From: Acidimicrobiales bacterium
GTDB taxonomy: Bacteria > Actinomycetota > Acidimicrobiia > Acidimicrobiales > Poriferisodalaceae
Direction: 5' to 3'
Assembly: GCA_041394185.1 (NCBI GenBank)
Contig: JAWKIQ010000004.1
Span: forward strand, 322,075 to 386,074
Length of the DNA stretch: 64,000 nucleotides
Under the pieces are notes generated by a model. That model had not been told where the DNA came from, ran no database searches, and saw nothing but the letters and a program-made list of their open reading frames with translations. Below, piece by piece: positions 32,810-42,737 of this stretch. Positions within the stretch are counted from its first letter, which is position 1. Every line of letters starts with the position of its first letter. The position numbers and the translations under genes are program-made.

Positions 32810-34378
32810 TCAGCGGTTCAGAGCTCTGAAGACCGGCTTGGTGCGGTTGAACGTTCGAACCAGCTGATCGGCCATCAGGTCGTATGTCTGGGTATGGGTC
32901 GGGTCGGGTTCGAAAACCCTGCTGGTGTGTACAGCGGCGGCGATGTCGTCGAAGTCGATGACACCCAGCCGTTCGAAGGCCAACAGAGCGGCCCCGATGC
33001 TGACGGTGTGGTTGCCGTGCTCGAGCTGATGCACCGGTGTGCCCATGACGTCGGCCATGATCTGGCACCACAGGGCAGACTGAGCCGCACCGCCGTAGAA
33101 AGCGAAGTGGTCGAATCGGCGCTTGGCGAACTTCTCGACGGGGCCTCGCAACCACCGCAGGTTCAGCGCCACACCTTCCAGAACCGCACGCGCCATGTCG
33201 CTGCGGGTAGTGGTGGCCGACATGTTCAGGAAGCCACCCCGCATGTGGTCGTTGGCCGAAGGAGCAATCGCGCCGCCCACCCACGGCAGGAACAGCAGCT
33301 TGTTGCTGCCCGCAGGTGCCGCGGCGGCCGCCGCCTCCAGCCGGTCGAAGCGGTCGTCTGGTGCGTCGGAAATGGCATCGTGAAACGCGTCGTCCGGGTA
33401 CACGACATTGTCGAGGAAGCGATCCAACGCGGCGCCCGCCATGCCGTTCTCGGCCATCACGAAATAGGTGCCCGGAACCGTGCTTGGCATGCTCAAGATG
33501 GCGTGACGCACGTCTGTGTGCTTGCGGTCGACGTGGGTGATCATCACGCAGGTCGAACCCACCGACACGCCGGCGTGGTCGCCGGTGAAGGCGCCGCACC
33601 CTATGCCGCCGGCCTGCGTGTCGTTCAACCCGGTCACCACCTTGGTGTCGGTGCCCAGACCCAGCTGCTCGGCCGCAGCGGGTGTCAGGGTGCCGACGAT
33701 GTCGTTCATGGCGACCAGCTCTGGCAGCTTGGCGCGGTCTATCAGCGACGCCTCGACCAGATCGTCGCTGTAGTCGGTGGCATCGAGCGTGCGGTTGTCG
33801 ACCATCAGCGACATGAACGCGGTGGCCTGGTTGGCGGTGGCTCGGCCGGTGAGGCGCATGGTGAGAAAGTCCATGGGCTCGAGCAAGTAGGCGGTGCGGT
33901 CGTAAACGTCGGGCCTGGCGTATTTGAGGTATCGCATGTGGGTCAGCGAGATGCCTCCGGCGATGGGAGGCAGACCGTGCAGGCGCAGCCATTGCGCCAA
34001 GTGGATCGGCGAATCGACGATTCGCGGCGTGCCCGGCAGCTGCTTGAGGTTGGCGGTGGCGCCCCGGTGGTCTTGCCACAGGATCATGTCGGCGAGAGCG
34101 TTGCCGTTCGCGTCTACAGGCACGATCGACGAGTACTGGCTGGTGCAGATCACGGCGACTATCTGCTCTGGGTTCACGCCCGAGGCGGCGACCGCCTGCC
34201 TGGTCGCGTCGACGACGGCCGCCCAGATCTGCTGGGGGTCTTGTTCGACGGCGTCGCCCGAGCGGATCGTGTCGACATGGGTGCGGGCCGTCCCGACAGG
34301 TTGGCCCTGAGGTGTCACCACAGCGACCTTGGGGCCACTGGTACCGAGGTCGATTGCGACGACGTGGGGGTTTGACAT
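32810..34378 (-). CDS. FGGY-family carbohydrate kinase
   Basis: VAIDLGTSGPKVAVV at the N-terminus and FYGGAAQSALWCQIMADV near the C-terminus. Confidence 0.85.
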   Translation of the reverse strand: MSNPHVVAIDLGTSGPKVAVVTPQGQPVGTARTHVDTIRSGDAVEQDPQQIWAAVVDATRQAVAASGVNPEQIVAVICTSQYSSIVPVDANGNALADMILWQDHRGATANLKQLPGTPRIVDSPIHLAQWLRLHGLPPIAGGISLTHMRYLKYARPDVYDRTAYLLEPMDFLTMRLTGRATANQATAFMSLMVDNRTLDATDYSDDLVEASLIDRAKLPELVAMNDIVGTLTPAAAEQLGLGTDTKVVTGLNDTQAGGIGCGAFTGDHAGVSVGSTCVMITHVDRKHTDVRHAILSMPSTVPGTYFVMAENGMAGAALDRFLDNVVYPDDAFHDAISDAPDDRFDRLEAAAAAAPAGSNKLLFLPWVGGAIAPSANDHMRGGFLNMSATTTRSDMARAVLEGVALNLRWLRGPVEKFAKRRFDHFAFYGGAAQSALWCQIMADVMGTPVHQLEHGNHTVSIGAALLAFERLGVIDFDDIAAAVHTSRVFEPDPTHTQTYDLMADQLVRTFNRTKPVFRALNR

Positions 34379-34439
34379 GCTCTTGATCTTCGCAGATAGG
34401 GTCGCGACCGGCCGATGCGAGCCGCCGCGGGAGGCAGAG

Positions 34440-35834
34440 ATGGGTCCCTATCCGTATGCAGACCGGTATCCGGTGCTTCGAGGGATGCCGGCCCAGGGCC
34501 GCCCCAGGGACGAGATATTGGCCGAGCTGGCCGAGATGGCTCACCTGGAGGACGCAGCCTGGGAGTCTGGCAAGGCGTCGGGCTCGTTCTATTGCGGCGA
34601 CCACGACCACTATGCCTTCACCGGCGAGGCGTTCAAGATGTACAGCCACATGAACGTGCTGCAGCGCGACGTGTGCCCCAGCGCCACCCGGTTCGAGGGC
34701 GAGATCATCGCCATGGGGCTCGACCTGATGAACGCCCACGCGATCGACGGTTCGGACAACCCCGGCGAGCCGTGCGGGATGATCACCAGCGGAGGCAGCG
34801 GCAGCATCCTGCACGCGATGCTGGCCTATCGCGAGGCCGCCACGGCCAGGGGCATCACCCGGCCCAACATCGTCAAGCCCGAGACCGGCCACCCGGCATT
34901 CGACAAGGCCTGCCACCTGCTGGGCATCGAGATGCGCCGCGTGCCCGTAGACCCGTCGACCACCCAAGCCGACGTCGAGGCGATGGCCGCTGCGATCGAC
35001 GACCAGACCGCCGCCATCGTCGGGTCGGCCTCCAACTATGGCTACGGAACCGTCGACCCGATCGAACAGCTGTCGGAGCTGGCCCTGGAACGACAGGTCG
35101 GGCTACATGTCGACGGTTGCCTCGGAGGGTTCATCCTGCCCTTCGGCGAGCAGTTGGGTCACGACATTCCGGTGTTCGACTTCCGGCATCCGGGGGTGAC
35201 CACCATCTCCGCCGACACCCACAAGTACGGGTACGCGGTGAAGGGCACGTCGATCCTGATGTTTCGCGACAAGGCCCTGCGCAATGGCCAGTACTTCTAC
35301 ATGACCGACTGGTCTGGCGGTAAGTACGCCTCGCCTGGCATCGACGGATCGCGGTCTGGTGGTCTGCTGGCAGCCACATGGGCAGCAATGGTGTCGCTGG
35401 GGCGTGAGGGCTATTCGAGATACGCCCGAGACATCTTCGACACCGCGTTTGCCATGCAGCAGGCGGTTAGGTCGCATCCCGAGCTGCGGATAATGGGCGA
35501 CCCCTACTTCTGCTTCTCGTTCACCTCCGACGAGTTCGACATCTACCACGTCAACGACGCCCTGCGGGCCAGTGGCTGGCGGCTGAACGGACAGCAGTAT
35601 CCAAACGCCATCCACATGGCAGTGACACGACCACAAACCCAACCCGGGCTGGTCGACAAATGGTGGGCCGACCTGGACGCGGCGGTCGCTCACGCACACG
35701 AACACAAGGACGAGCCCGCTGTCAGTGGTTCGATCTATGGGGGCGTGCCCGACCTGACCCCCGAGGTCACCAGCTTCATCAACAGCGTGATCGAGTCGAT
35801 GTTCGACGACCAGCAGGGCCTGCCCCCGAGCTGA
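34440..35834 (+). CDS. PLP-dependent decarboxylase/lyase, sphingosine-1-phosphate-lyase-like (group II decarboxylase fold)
   Basis: ISADTHKYGYAVKGTS carries the PLP Lys. ATG at 34440 follows GGGAGG. Confidence 0.75.
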   Translation: MGPYPYADRYPVLRGMPAQGRPRDEILAELAEMAHLEDAAWESGKASGSFYCGDHDHYAFTGEAFKMYSHMNVLQRDVCPSATRFEGEIIAMGLDLMNAHAIDGSDNPGEPCGMITSGGSGSILHAMLAYREAATARGITRPNIVKPETGHPAFDKACHLLGIEMRRVPVDPSTTQADVEAMAAAIDDQTAAIVGSASNYGYGTVDPIEQLSELALERQVGLHVDGCLGGFILPFGEQLGHDIPVFDFRHPGVTTISADTHKYGYAVKGTSILMFRDKALRNGQYFYMTDWSGGKYASPGIDGSRSGGLLAATWAAMVSLGREGYSRYARDIFDTAFAMQQAVRSHPELRIMGDPYFCFSFTSDEFDIYHVNDALRASGWRLNGQQYPNAIHMAVTRPQTQPGLVDKWWADLDAAVAHAHEHKDEPAVSGSIYGGVPDLTPEVTSFINSVIESMFDDQQGLPPS

Positions 35835-35902
35835 GACGGCGACGGCCGGCTGAGTGCGCCTGCCTGGGTCGGCGACGAGAAGTCACGACTATTGTCCGCC
35901 GG

Positions 35903-38900
35903 GTGGCACCTGACAATGCGCGCGTAGCCGAGATCGGGCGGGTTCTCGCCGACATCGTGAAGCCGGCCCGGTGGACGAGGACCCATCCGGTCGATATCTC
36001 GGCCAACCACATCCACGGCGAACCGGTGCCCTACGAGGCCGCAGTCGCTGGGACATTCGAGCCTTTCGAGGAGGGCGATCGGTGGGGGCCGGCGTGGGAC
36101 ACGACCTGGTTCGAAGTGCGGGGTCGGGTGCCAGACGACTGGGCGGGTCAGCATGTCGTGCTGGTGGTGCACCTGGGATTCGGAGGGGGAGCCGGCTTCG
36201 GCGCCGAAGGCCAGGTCTGGGTAGACGGCAGGCCCATCCACGGCATCAGCCCGAACCACCGCGAGGTCGAGCTGGCCGCACCGGCCCAGGGAGGTGAACG
36301 CTTCGAGCTGTACATCGAGGCTGCTGCAAACCCGCCCGCCATCGCGGCCGACCCGGGTCCGATGCTGGCCGCCGAACCGTGGGGCGAGCCGCTGTTGGAG
36401 CTGCGCCGGTGTCATATGGCCACCGTCGATCGCGACGTGGTCGACCTGGTGCGCGACTGGCAGCTGGTCGCCGACCTCGCTGCCCACGCGAAGACGCAAC
36501 GGGCGAGCGAGTGTGCCGAAGCCCTCGACCGTGCGTGCGCGGTCATCGAGACCGACGGAGTCGGCGCCGCCGCCGTTCGGCAGGCTCGGGCGTTGCTGGC
36601 CGAGGCGCTGTCGCGAGGCAACGACGACACCGGGCGAGTCAAGACCCACCTGGCCGTGGGCAACTCGCACCTCGACACCGCCTGGTTGTGGCCCCTGCGC
36701 GAGACCCACCGCAAGGCCGCCCGCACCTTCTCGACAGCGGCCACCATGCTCGATCGAAATCCCGACTATCGATTCGCCGCATCACAACCCCAGCAGCTGG
36801 CCTGGGTGCGCGACGAGTACCCCGATCTGTGGAACCGTCTACTCGATCATGTGCGCTCGGGTCGCTTCGAGGTCATGGGCGCCATGTGGATAGAGGCCGA
36901 CTGCAACATCGCCTCGGGCGAGTCGCTGGTGCGCCAGATCGTGCACGGAAAGCGGTTCATGCGCGACGAACTCGGCACCGACACCGACGGGTTGTGGTTG
37001 CCAGATGTGTTCGGCTACTCGGCGGCGTTGCCCCAGATCCTGAAGTTGGCGGGCCTCCAGTGGTTCGTCACCCAGAAGATCTCGTGGAACGACACCAACC
37101 GCTTCCCACACCACACGTTCTGGTGGGAAGGAATCGACGGCTCCAGGGTGTTCACACACTTCCCGCCCGCCGACACCTATGTGGGCGACTTCTCGGTGGG
37201 TCAGCTGTTGCACGGCGAAGGCAACTTCGCTCAAGGCGATGTGCGGTCGAACATGTTGTACCTGTATGGCCACGGCGACGGGGGAGCGGGCCCCGACGAC
37301 GACATGTTGCACCGGGCGCGGCGTCTGGCCGACCTCGACGGCGTGGGCCGTGTAGAGCTGGTTGGGGCCGCCGAGGCGATCGAGAGGTTGCAGGCCGAGG
37401 GCGAACCCGCCGACCTGCCCGTGTGGGTGGGCGAGCTGTACCTGGAGCTCCACCGGGGCACCTACACCACGATGGGCGCCATCAAGAAGGGCAACCGAGC
37501 CCTCGAATGGGCGCTTCGCGATGCCGAGCTGTGGGCTGTGGCGGCCGCAAAGGCGGGCGGTTCGCAGACGACCGGGCGCGACTTCGATCAGATCTGGCAG
37601 ACGGTTCTGCTGCACCAGTTCCACGACATCTTGCCCGGCTCGTCCATCCATTGGGTCAACGACGACACCGTCGAAGCCCACGCCCTGGCCATCGCCCAGG
37701 TCGAGTCGCTGGTGCAAGGGGCGCTTTGTGAGCTGGTCGCGCGAATAGACACCGGCGATGCCGTCGAGCCGGTGGTGGTCTTCAACAGCTTGCCCTTCGA
37801 TCGGCACGAGACGGTCGACATCGACGGCGTCGCAACCGTGGTGCATGCGCCCGCAATGGGTTGGGCGGTGAACGACCTGGCCGTGCAGGCCGACACCGCA
37901 CCGCCCGTGACCGTGGGCGACGACTGGTTCGACAACGGCCTGGTGCGCGTCCGGTGGGACCACCTCGGGCTGCTGCGGTCGGTGGTGCACAAGGCCAGCG
38001 GTCGTGAAGCCATCGCCCCCGGCGAGGCCGCCAACGTGTTGCAGATCTTCGACGACCGCCCGCAGAACTACGACGCCTGGGACATCGACAGGCCCGCGCT
38101 CGATACCGGCGTCGACCTCACCACGGCCGACGTCGTCGAGGTGATCGAGGCAACCCCGCAGCGGGCGACACTGCGAGTCGTCAGGTCGTTTGGACGGTCG
38201 CGCATCGAACAACACGTCCGCATCAACAGGGGCTCGGCCAGGGTCGAGGTGCACTGCGAAGCCGACTGGCACGAAGACCACAAGCTGCTGAAGGTCGCCT
38301 TCCCGGTCGACGTGCGCGCTGTCAACGCCACCCACGAGATCCAGTTCGGGCACGTCGAGAGACCCACGCACGCCAACACCAGCTGGGACCAGGCGCGCTT
38401 CGAGACGTGCGCCCACACCTGGGTGGATCTGAGCGAGAGCGGCTTCGGAGTGGCGCTGCTGAACGACTGCAAGTACGGCCACGATGTCAAGGGCAACGTG
38501 ATTCGCCTGTCTTTGTTGCGTGCGCCCACATGGCCCGACCCCGTTGCCGACAGGGGGCGGCACCAGTTCGCCTACGCGCTGTTCGCCCATGCGGGCAACG
38601 CCACCGAAGGGGGAGTGGTGGCCCAAGCGCACGCGTTCAACAATCCGCTGAGGGTGGTGCCTGCGGCTGGTTCGGCCGACGGCAGCGCGGCGGCTTCGTT
38701 GGCGGGCCGCCAGTCGTTGATGGGCATCGACGATGCGGGTGTGGTGGTCTCGGCGGTGAAGCCCGCCGACGATGGCCACGGTGTGATGGTGAGGCTGCAC
38801 GAGGCGTTCGGCGGCCGCCGCCGGGTGAACCTCACCATCGCGGACATGACCTCGGCCAGCCGCACCAACCTGCTGGAAGAGCCGCTCGAAGATGGCTCGC

Positions 38901-38977
38901 TGGTGGTCGAGGGCAACACCCTGCAGCTCGACCTGGCCCCTTTCGAGATCGTGACCCTTCGCCTACAGCTCAGCTAG
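35903..38977 (+). CDS. GH38 alpha-mannosidase
   Basis: VGNSHLDTAWLWPLRET, GMWIEADCNI, WLPDVFGY and LLHQFHDILPGSSI are GH38 hallmarks. GTG at 35903 follows the upstream stop. Confidence 0.88.
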   Translation: MAPDNARVAEIGRVLADIVKPARWTRTHPVDISANHIHGEPVPYEAAVAGTFEPFEEGDRWGPAWDTTWFEVRGRVPDDWAGQHVVLVVHLGFGGGAGFGAEGQVWVDGRPIHGISPNHREVELAAPAQGGERFELYIEAAANPPAIAADPGPMLAAEPWGEPLLELRRCHMATVDRDVVDLVRDWQLVADLAAHAKTQRASECAEALDRACAVIETDGVGAAAVRQARALLAEALSRGNDDTGRVKTHLAVGNSHLDTAWLWPLRETHRKAARTFSTAATMLDRNPDYRFAASQPQQLAWVRDEYPDLWNRLLDHVRSGRFEVMGAMWIEADCNIASGESLVRQIVHGKRFMRDELGTDTDGLWLPDVFGYSAALPQILKLAGLQWFVTQKISWNDTNRFPHHTFWWEGIDGSRVFTHFPPADTYVGDFSVGQLLHGEGNFAQGDVRSNMLYLYGHGDGGAGPDDDMLHRARRLADLDGVGRVELVGAAEAIERLQAEGEPADLPVWVGELYLELHRGTYTTMGAIKKGNRALEWALRDAELWAVAAAKAGGSQTTGRDFDQIWQTVLLHQFHDILPGSSIHWVNDDTVEAHALAIAQVESLVQGALCELVARIDTGDAVEPVVVFNSLPFDRHETVDIDGVATVVHAPAMGWAVNDLAVQADTAPPVTVGDDWFDNGLVRVRWDHLGLLRSVVHKASGREAIAPGEAANVLQIFDDRPQNYDAWDIDRPALDTGVDLTTADVVEVIEATPQRATLRVVRSFGRSRIEQHVRINRGSARVEVHCEADWHEDHKLLKVAFPVDVRAVNATHEIQFGHVERPTHANTSWDQARFETCAHTWVDLSESGFGVALLNDCKYGHDVKGNVIRLSLLRAPTWPDPVADRGRHQFAYALFAHAGNATEGGVVAQAHAFNNPLRVVPAAGSADGSAAASLAGRQSLMGIDDAGVVVSAVKPADDGHGVMVRLHEAFGGRRRVNLTIADMTSASRTNLLEEPLEDGSLVVEGNTLQLDLAPFEIVTLRLQLS

Positions 38978-39761
38978 AGCTCCACACCACCGGGAACAGT
39001 GGGTGATCCATGGCAGCCCCGGCAGCCAGTTGGGTCTCCAGGCCAGGGAAGGGTGGCGATGTCTTCCAGGGCCGCGGGGCGTGCACCATGTCTTCGCCGA
39101 GGAACCGCAACGACAGCACCCGGCGCCTGTGCGGCCCCGGGTTGCCGGCGGCGGTGTGCAGGGTGTTCATGTGGAAACACACGGCATCACCCGGTTCGAG
39201 CTGCCATCCCAGAACGTTGTTCTGGTCGGCGGTGGCGTCGATGTCGGGCGCTTCGGCCAGAGAGCCCTCGGGAAACCAGGCGGCCCGCGCGTCCAGAAAC
39301 GTTCGCGGCAGGTACATCGGGCCAAGATGTGACCCGGCAACGAACTCGAGGGTGACTTCCCTGGGCACCGGGTCGACCGGAATCCACATGCTGAGGTTCT
39401 GGAAGCCCTCGACGTTGTAGTACGGCAGGTCCTGATGCCACGGAGTGCGCTGCGCAGTTCCCGGCTCTTTCACCAGCACGTGGTCGTGGAAGAACCTCAG
39501 GGTGTGGGCGCCAAGCACCTCGGCAGCTACGCGGGCGGCCGATGACTGCCGAACGAAGCGCTCGAGTTGGGGGATTCGGGTCCACGAGCAGAAGTCTTCG
39601 ACGAAGGCACCGTCGTGGTCTGTGCTGGCCCGCTTGGACAGCGGGGACAGGTCGGCCAGGTTGGCTTCGATGGCTTCGGTCGCCAACCGAATCTCGTCTG
39701 GCGAGAAGGCCTCCCTGACACACACGGCGCCGTCGCGGTTCCAGTCACCCTCGATTCGCAT
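38970..39761 (-). CDS. phytanoyl-CoA dioxygenase (PhyH) family Fe(II)/2OG oxygenase
   Basis: TPWHQDLPYY (HxD) and a distal FHMNTLH. ATG at 39761 (MRIEGDW). The 3' end overlaps the mannosidase stop by 8 nt. Confidence 0.75.
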   Translation of the reverse strand: MRIEGDWNRDGAVCVREAFSPDEIRLATEAIEANLADLSPLSKRASTDHDGAFVEDFCSWTRIPQLERFVRQSSAARVAAEVLGAHTLRFFHDHVLVKEPGTAQRTPWHQDLPYYNVEGFQNLSMWIPVDPVPREVTLEFVAGSHLGPMYLPRTFLDARAAWFPEGSLAEAPDIDATADQNNVLGWQLEPGDAVCFHMNTLHTAAGNPGPHRRRVLSLRFLGEDMVHAPRPWKTSPPFPGLETQLAAGAAMDHPLFPVVWSSS

Positions 39762-39816
39762 CGTGCCAGTCTTACCCAATCGGGCGCGCGGAGGGGCCGT
39801 CTGCCAGGATGAGGCC

Positions 39817-40749
39817 ATGACACTCGATGCCGACGTCGCCGCGGCCCTCGAAGCCCTGCTGGCACTTGACGCCCCCGCCTTGTCGCAAGGAACCGTGGCC
39901 GAAGCCCGGGCCAACTACGACGCGGCCCCCAAACCCCGCGGAGACGACGTCTCGCGAGTCGAAGACCTCGTGGTGCCGGGGTCTGCGGGCGATGTTCCAG
40001 TGCGTGTTTATGCCGCCAGCGACGCCGAGAACCTGCCGATGGTGGCGTTCTTCCACGGCGGGGGATGGGTTCTGTCGTCGGTCGACGGGCACGACTCGCT
40101 GGCCCGCCGGATAGCGGTACGCACCGGAGCGCTCGTGGTTTCGGTGGACTATCGGCTGGCCCCCGAACACCCGTTTCCGGCGCCCCACGACGACTGCTGG
40201 GCGGTCACCTCGTGGCTGGCGCGGCACGGAGCCGAGATAGGTGGAGACCCGTCGCGCTTGGCGGTGTGCGGCGATTCGGCCGGCGGCAACCTGGCGGCCG
40301 GCGTGGCCCTGCGGGCCCGCGACGAGGGCATCGACCTGGCCTTGCAGGCCCTGATCTATCCGTGCATCGACGACCGCCAGGACCGTTACGAATCGATGGT
40401 CGAGAACGGCGAAGGGCTGTTCCTGACCGCCGACGACATGGTGTGGTTCTGGGACCACTTCGTCCCCAGCAACGAGCGGCTGAACCCGTACGCGGTGCCA
40501 GCCCGCGCCGCCGACCTGTCGGGCTGCGCGCCCGCGTACGTTCAGACCGCCCAATACGACCCGCTTCGAGACGAGGGCGAGCACTACGCGGCCAGGCTTC
40601 GGTCGGCCGGTGTAGAGGTCGACGTCACGCGCTATCCGGGTGTGGTTCACGGCTTCGTATCGCGCTGGCACGTGATGGCCCGAGCCGCCGATGCCCACCA
40701 CGATCTGGCCAACGCACTGGTGGCCGCGTTCGAAGAGCGATCGGGCTGA
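39817..40749 (+). CDS. alpha/beta hydrolase, HSL-type esterase/lipase
   Basis: FFHGGGW oxyanion motif, the GDSAGG nucleophile and a distal HGF. Confidence 0.88.
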   Translation: MTLDADVAAALEALLALDAPALSQGTVAEARANYDAAPKPRGDDVSRVEDLVVPGSAGDVPVRVYAASDAENLPMVAFFHGGGWVLSSVDGHDSLARRIAVRTGALVVSVDYRLAPEHPFPAPHDDCWAVTSWLARHGAEIGGDPSRLAVCGDSAGGNLAAGVALRARDEGIDLALQALIYPCIDDRQDRYESMVENGEGLFLTADDMVWFWDHFVPSNERLNPYAVPARAADLSGCAPAYVQTAQYDPLRDEGEHYAARLRSAGVEVDVTRYPGVVHGFVSRWHVMARAADAHHDLANALVAAFEERSG

Positions 40750-41670
40750 TCAGGCGCTGGGGTTGACCATCGGCATGTTGGGGTCGGCGGCCCACTCCAT
40801 GAGGCTGCCGTCGTACACCGCAACGTCCTGGTGGCCCAGCAGGGCAAGGCAGAAGGCGTCGACCGTGGCGGCGATGGCGCCGCCGCAATAGGTGATGACC
40901 CGCGGGGCATCCAGCAGCCCGGCGTCGGCCAGCACCGCTCGCATTGTTACGGCGTCGACGAAACCGCAGGTCTCGGCCTCTATCAGCGACGCATACGGCA
41001 CGTTGATCGCACCCTCGATGTGGCCGGCTCGCCCTCCGTAGACGTCGCTGGACCCGCCGTAGTTGTTGGCGCTGAGCGCGTCGACGATGCACACGCTGGC
41101 GTCGCCCGAGCCGATCGCTTGGACAGCGGCCAGCACATCGTCCTTTGTGGCGCGGGCCCGCTGCCATTCGCCTGACGGCTCGGCCGGCGTCGGCACCGGT
41201 CGTGCGGCGGGTTGATCTTCGCCGTGGGCCATGGGACGACCTTCGGCCTGCCACCGCTCGATGCCGCCGTGCAAGATGGCGCAGTCGACCCCGAAGTGGT
41301 GCATGGTCCACCACGCCCGGGTGCACCACATGGTGCCCGAGTCGACGCCGGGCCTCGGCGTGCGGCCCACCAGAACCACCTTGGTGTGGGGTCCCACGCC
41401 GATGTCGGCCATGGTCGCCCCGAACTGGTCGGCCGTGGGCCACATCCAGGGCAACGAAGCGTCTGGGTTCGACAAGCGCCCCTTTGCGGAGGCGACGTCG
41501 AAGAACACCGAACCGGGTATGTGCTGGTCGATCCAGCACTGCAGGCCCGGGGCGTTGTCGAGGCTGGAGGTCAGGCGGGCCGTCACGTCCAGCACCACCA
41601 CGTCTGGGTCGTCCAGGTGGTCTGCCAGCCACTGGGTCGTTACGAGGTATTCGGGGTGAACCAAAGCCAT
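40750..41670 (-). CDS. tandem-rhodanese sulfurtransferase (thiosulfate/3-mercaptopyruvate type)
   Basis: LVTTQWLADHLDDPDVVVLD, HIPGSVF and the active-site region ITYCGGAIAA. Confidence 0.8.
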   Translation of the reverse strand: MALVHPEYLVTTQWLADHLDDPDVVVLDVTARLTSSLDNAPGLQCWIDQHIPGSVFFDVASAKGRLSNPDASLPWMWPTADQFGATMADIGVGPHTKVVLVGRTPRPGVDSGTMWCTRAWWTMHHFGVDCAILHGGIERWQAEGRPMAHGEDQPAARPVPTPAEPSGEWQRARATKDDVLAAVQAIGSGDASVCIVDALSANNYGGSSDVYGGRAGHIEGAINVPYASLIEAETCGFVDAVTMRAVLADAGLLDAPRVITYCGGAIAATVDAFCLALLGHQDVAVYDGSLMEWAADPNMPMVNPSA

Positions 41671-41760
41671 GCGGGCGACACTATCTTCACGTCGCGGCCC
41701 GATACTGTTCTGCAATCCACTGCACGCACCGGGCGGGGCAGTACGGGATCGTCGAGGACG

Positions 41761-42702
41761 GTGCTCGTGTTACTCACGCTGCTGGCTTTGGTCGGCGGGG
41801 TAGTTCTGCTCGCTGTGGCGGCAGACCACTTTGTGCTGGGGGCTGCCAGGTTGGCGCTGATCCGCCGGGTGCCGCCTCTGACGGTGGGCGTTGTCATCAT
41901 CGGCTTCGGAACAAGCCTGCCCGAGATGCTGGTTTCGGTGATCGCCGCTTCGAACGATCAGGTCGAGGTCGCGGTCGGCAACATCGCCGGCTCCAGCATC
42001 GCCAACCTTTCGTTGTTACTGGGCGTCGGCGGATGCATCGTGCCACTGGCGGTGACCTCTGCGACGGTCAGGCGCGAGGCGCCGCTGGCCTTGCTGGCCG
42101 CGGTGGCCTTCGCCGTGGCAGTTCAGGGCGACGGCATCGCCGTCTGGCAGGGCATCGTGTTGCTGGCGGCAATGGTCGCGACCCTGGTGGTGGTGTTTCG
42201 GTCGTCGAAACCAGACCCGCTGGGGCCCGAGGTCGTCGAGCTGGCCGACGTGCAACACTCGTTCGGGTTCGAGGTCGCCCGGACCCTTGCCGGGCTGACC
42301 GGCACCGTCGCCGGCGCCCAGCTGTTGTTGTGGGGGGCCGTCGACATCGCCGAACGCGCCGGGCTGTCGGAGGGATTCGTCGGCGCCACCCTGGTGGCTG
42401 TGGGCACCTCGTTGCCCGAACTGGTGACCGTGGTGCAGTCGGCGCGTCGCCGCGAGACCGACCTGATCGTGGGCAATCTGCTGGGTTCGAACATCTTCAA
42501 CTGCCTGGCCGTCGGCGGGGCGGTGGGGTTGACAGGGGGTCGTGGGCTCGACTCGGTCGCGCTCGCCGTGGTGGCGCCGGTATCGGCGGTGGGCGTGTCG
42601 GCCCTGGCGTGGTTGGCCATGCGCACCCGCGGCGGTGTCGGGAGGCTCGAGGGGTTGGGCCTGGTGGTGCTGTACGCGGCGATAGTGCCGCTGCTCGCCT
42701 GA
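41761..42702 (+). CDS. CaCA-family cation/Ca2+ antiporter (YrbG-like)
   Basis: Two alpha-repeats, GFGTSLPEMLVS and AVGTSLPELVTV, in a polytopic protein. GTG at 41761. Confidence 0.85.
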   Translation: MLVLLTLLALVGGVVLLAVAADHFVLGAARLALIRRVPPLTVGVVIIGFGTSLPEMLVSVIAASNDQVEVAVGNIAGSSIANLSLLLGVGGCIVPLAVTSATVRREAPLALLAAVAFAVAVQGDGIAVWQGIVLLAAMVATLVVVFRSSKPDPLGPEVVELADVQHSFGFEVARTLAGLTGTVAGAQLLLWGAVDIAERAGLSEGFVGATLVAVGTSLPELVTVVQSARRRETDLIVGNLLGSNIFNCLAVGGAVGLTGGRGLDSVALAVVAPVSAVGVSALAWLAMRTRGGVGRLEGLGLVVLYAAIVPLLA

Positions 42703-42737
42703 AGCCGAACGCGATTGTTGGCCTAGGGTCTCGCGCC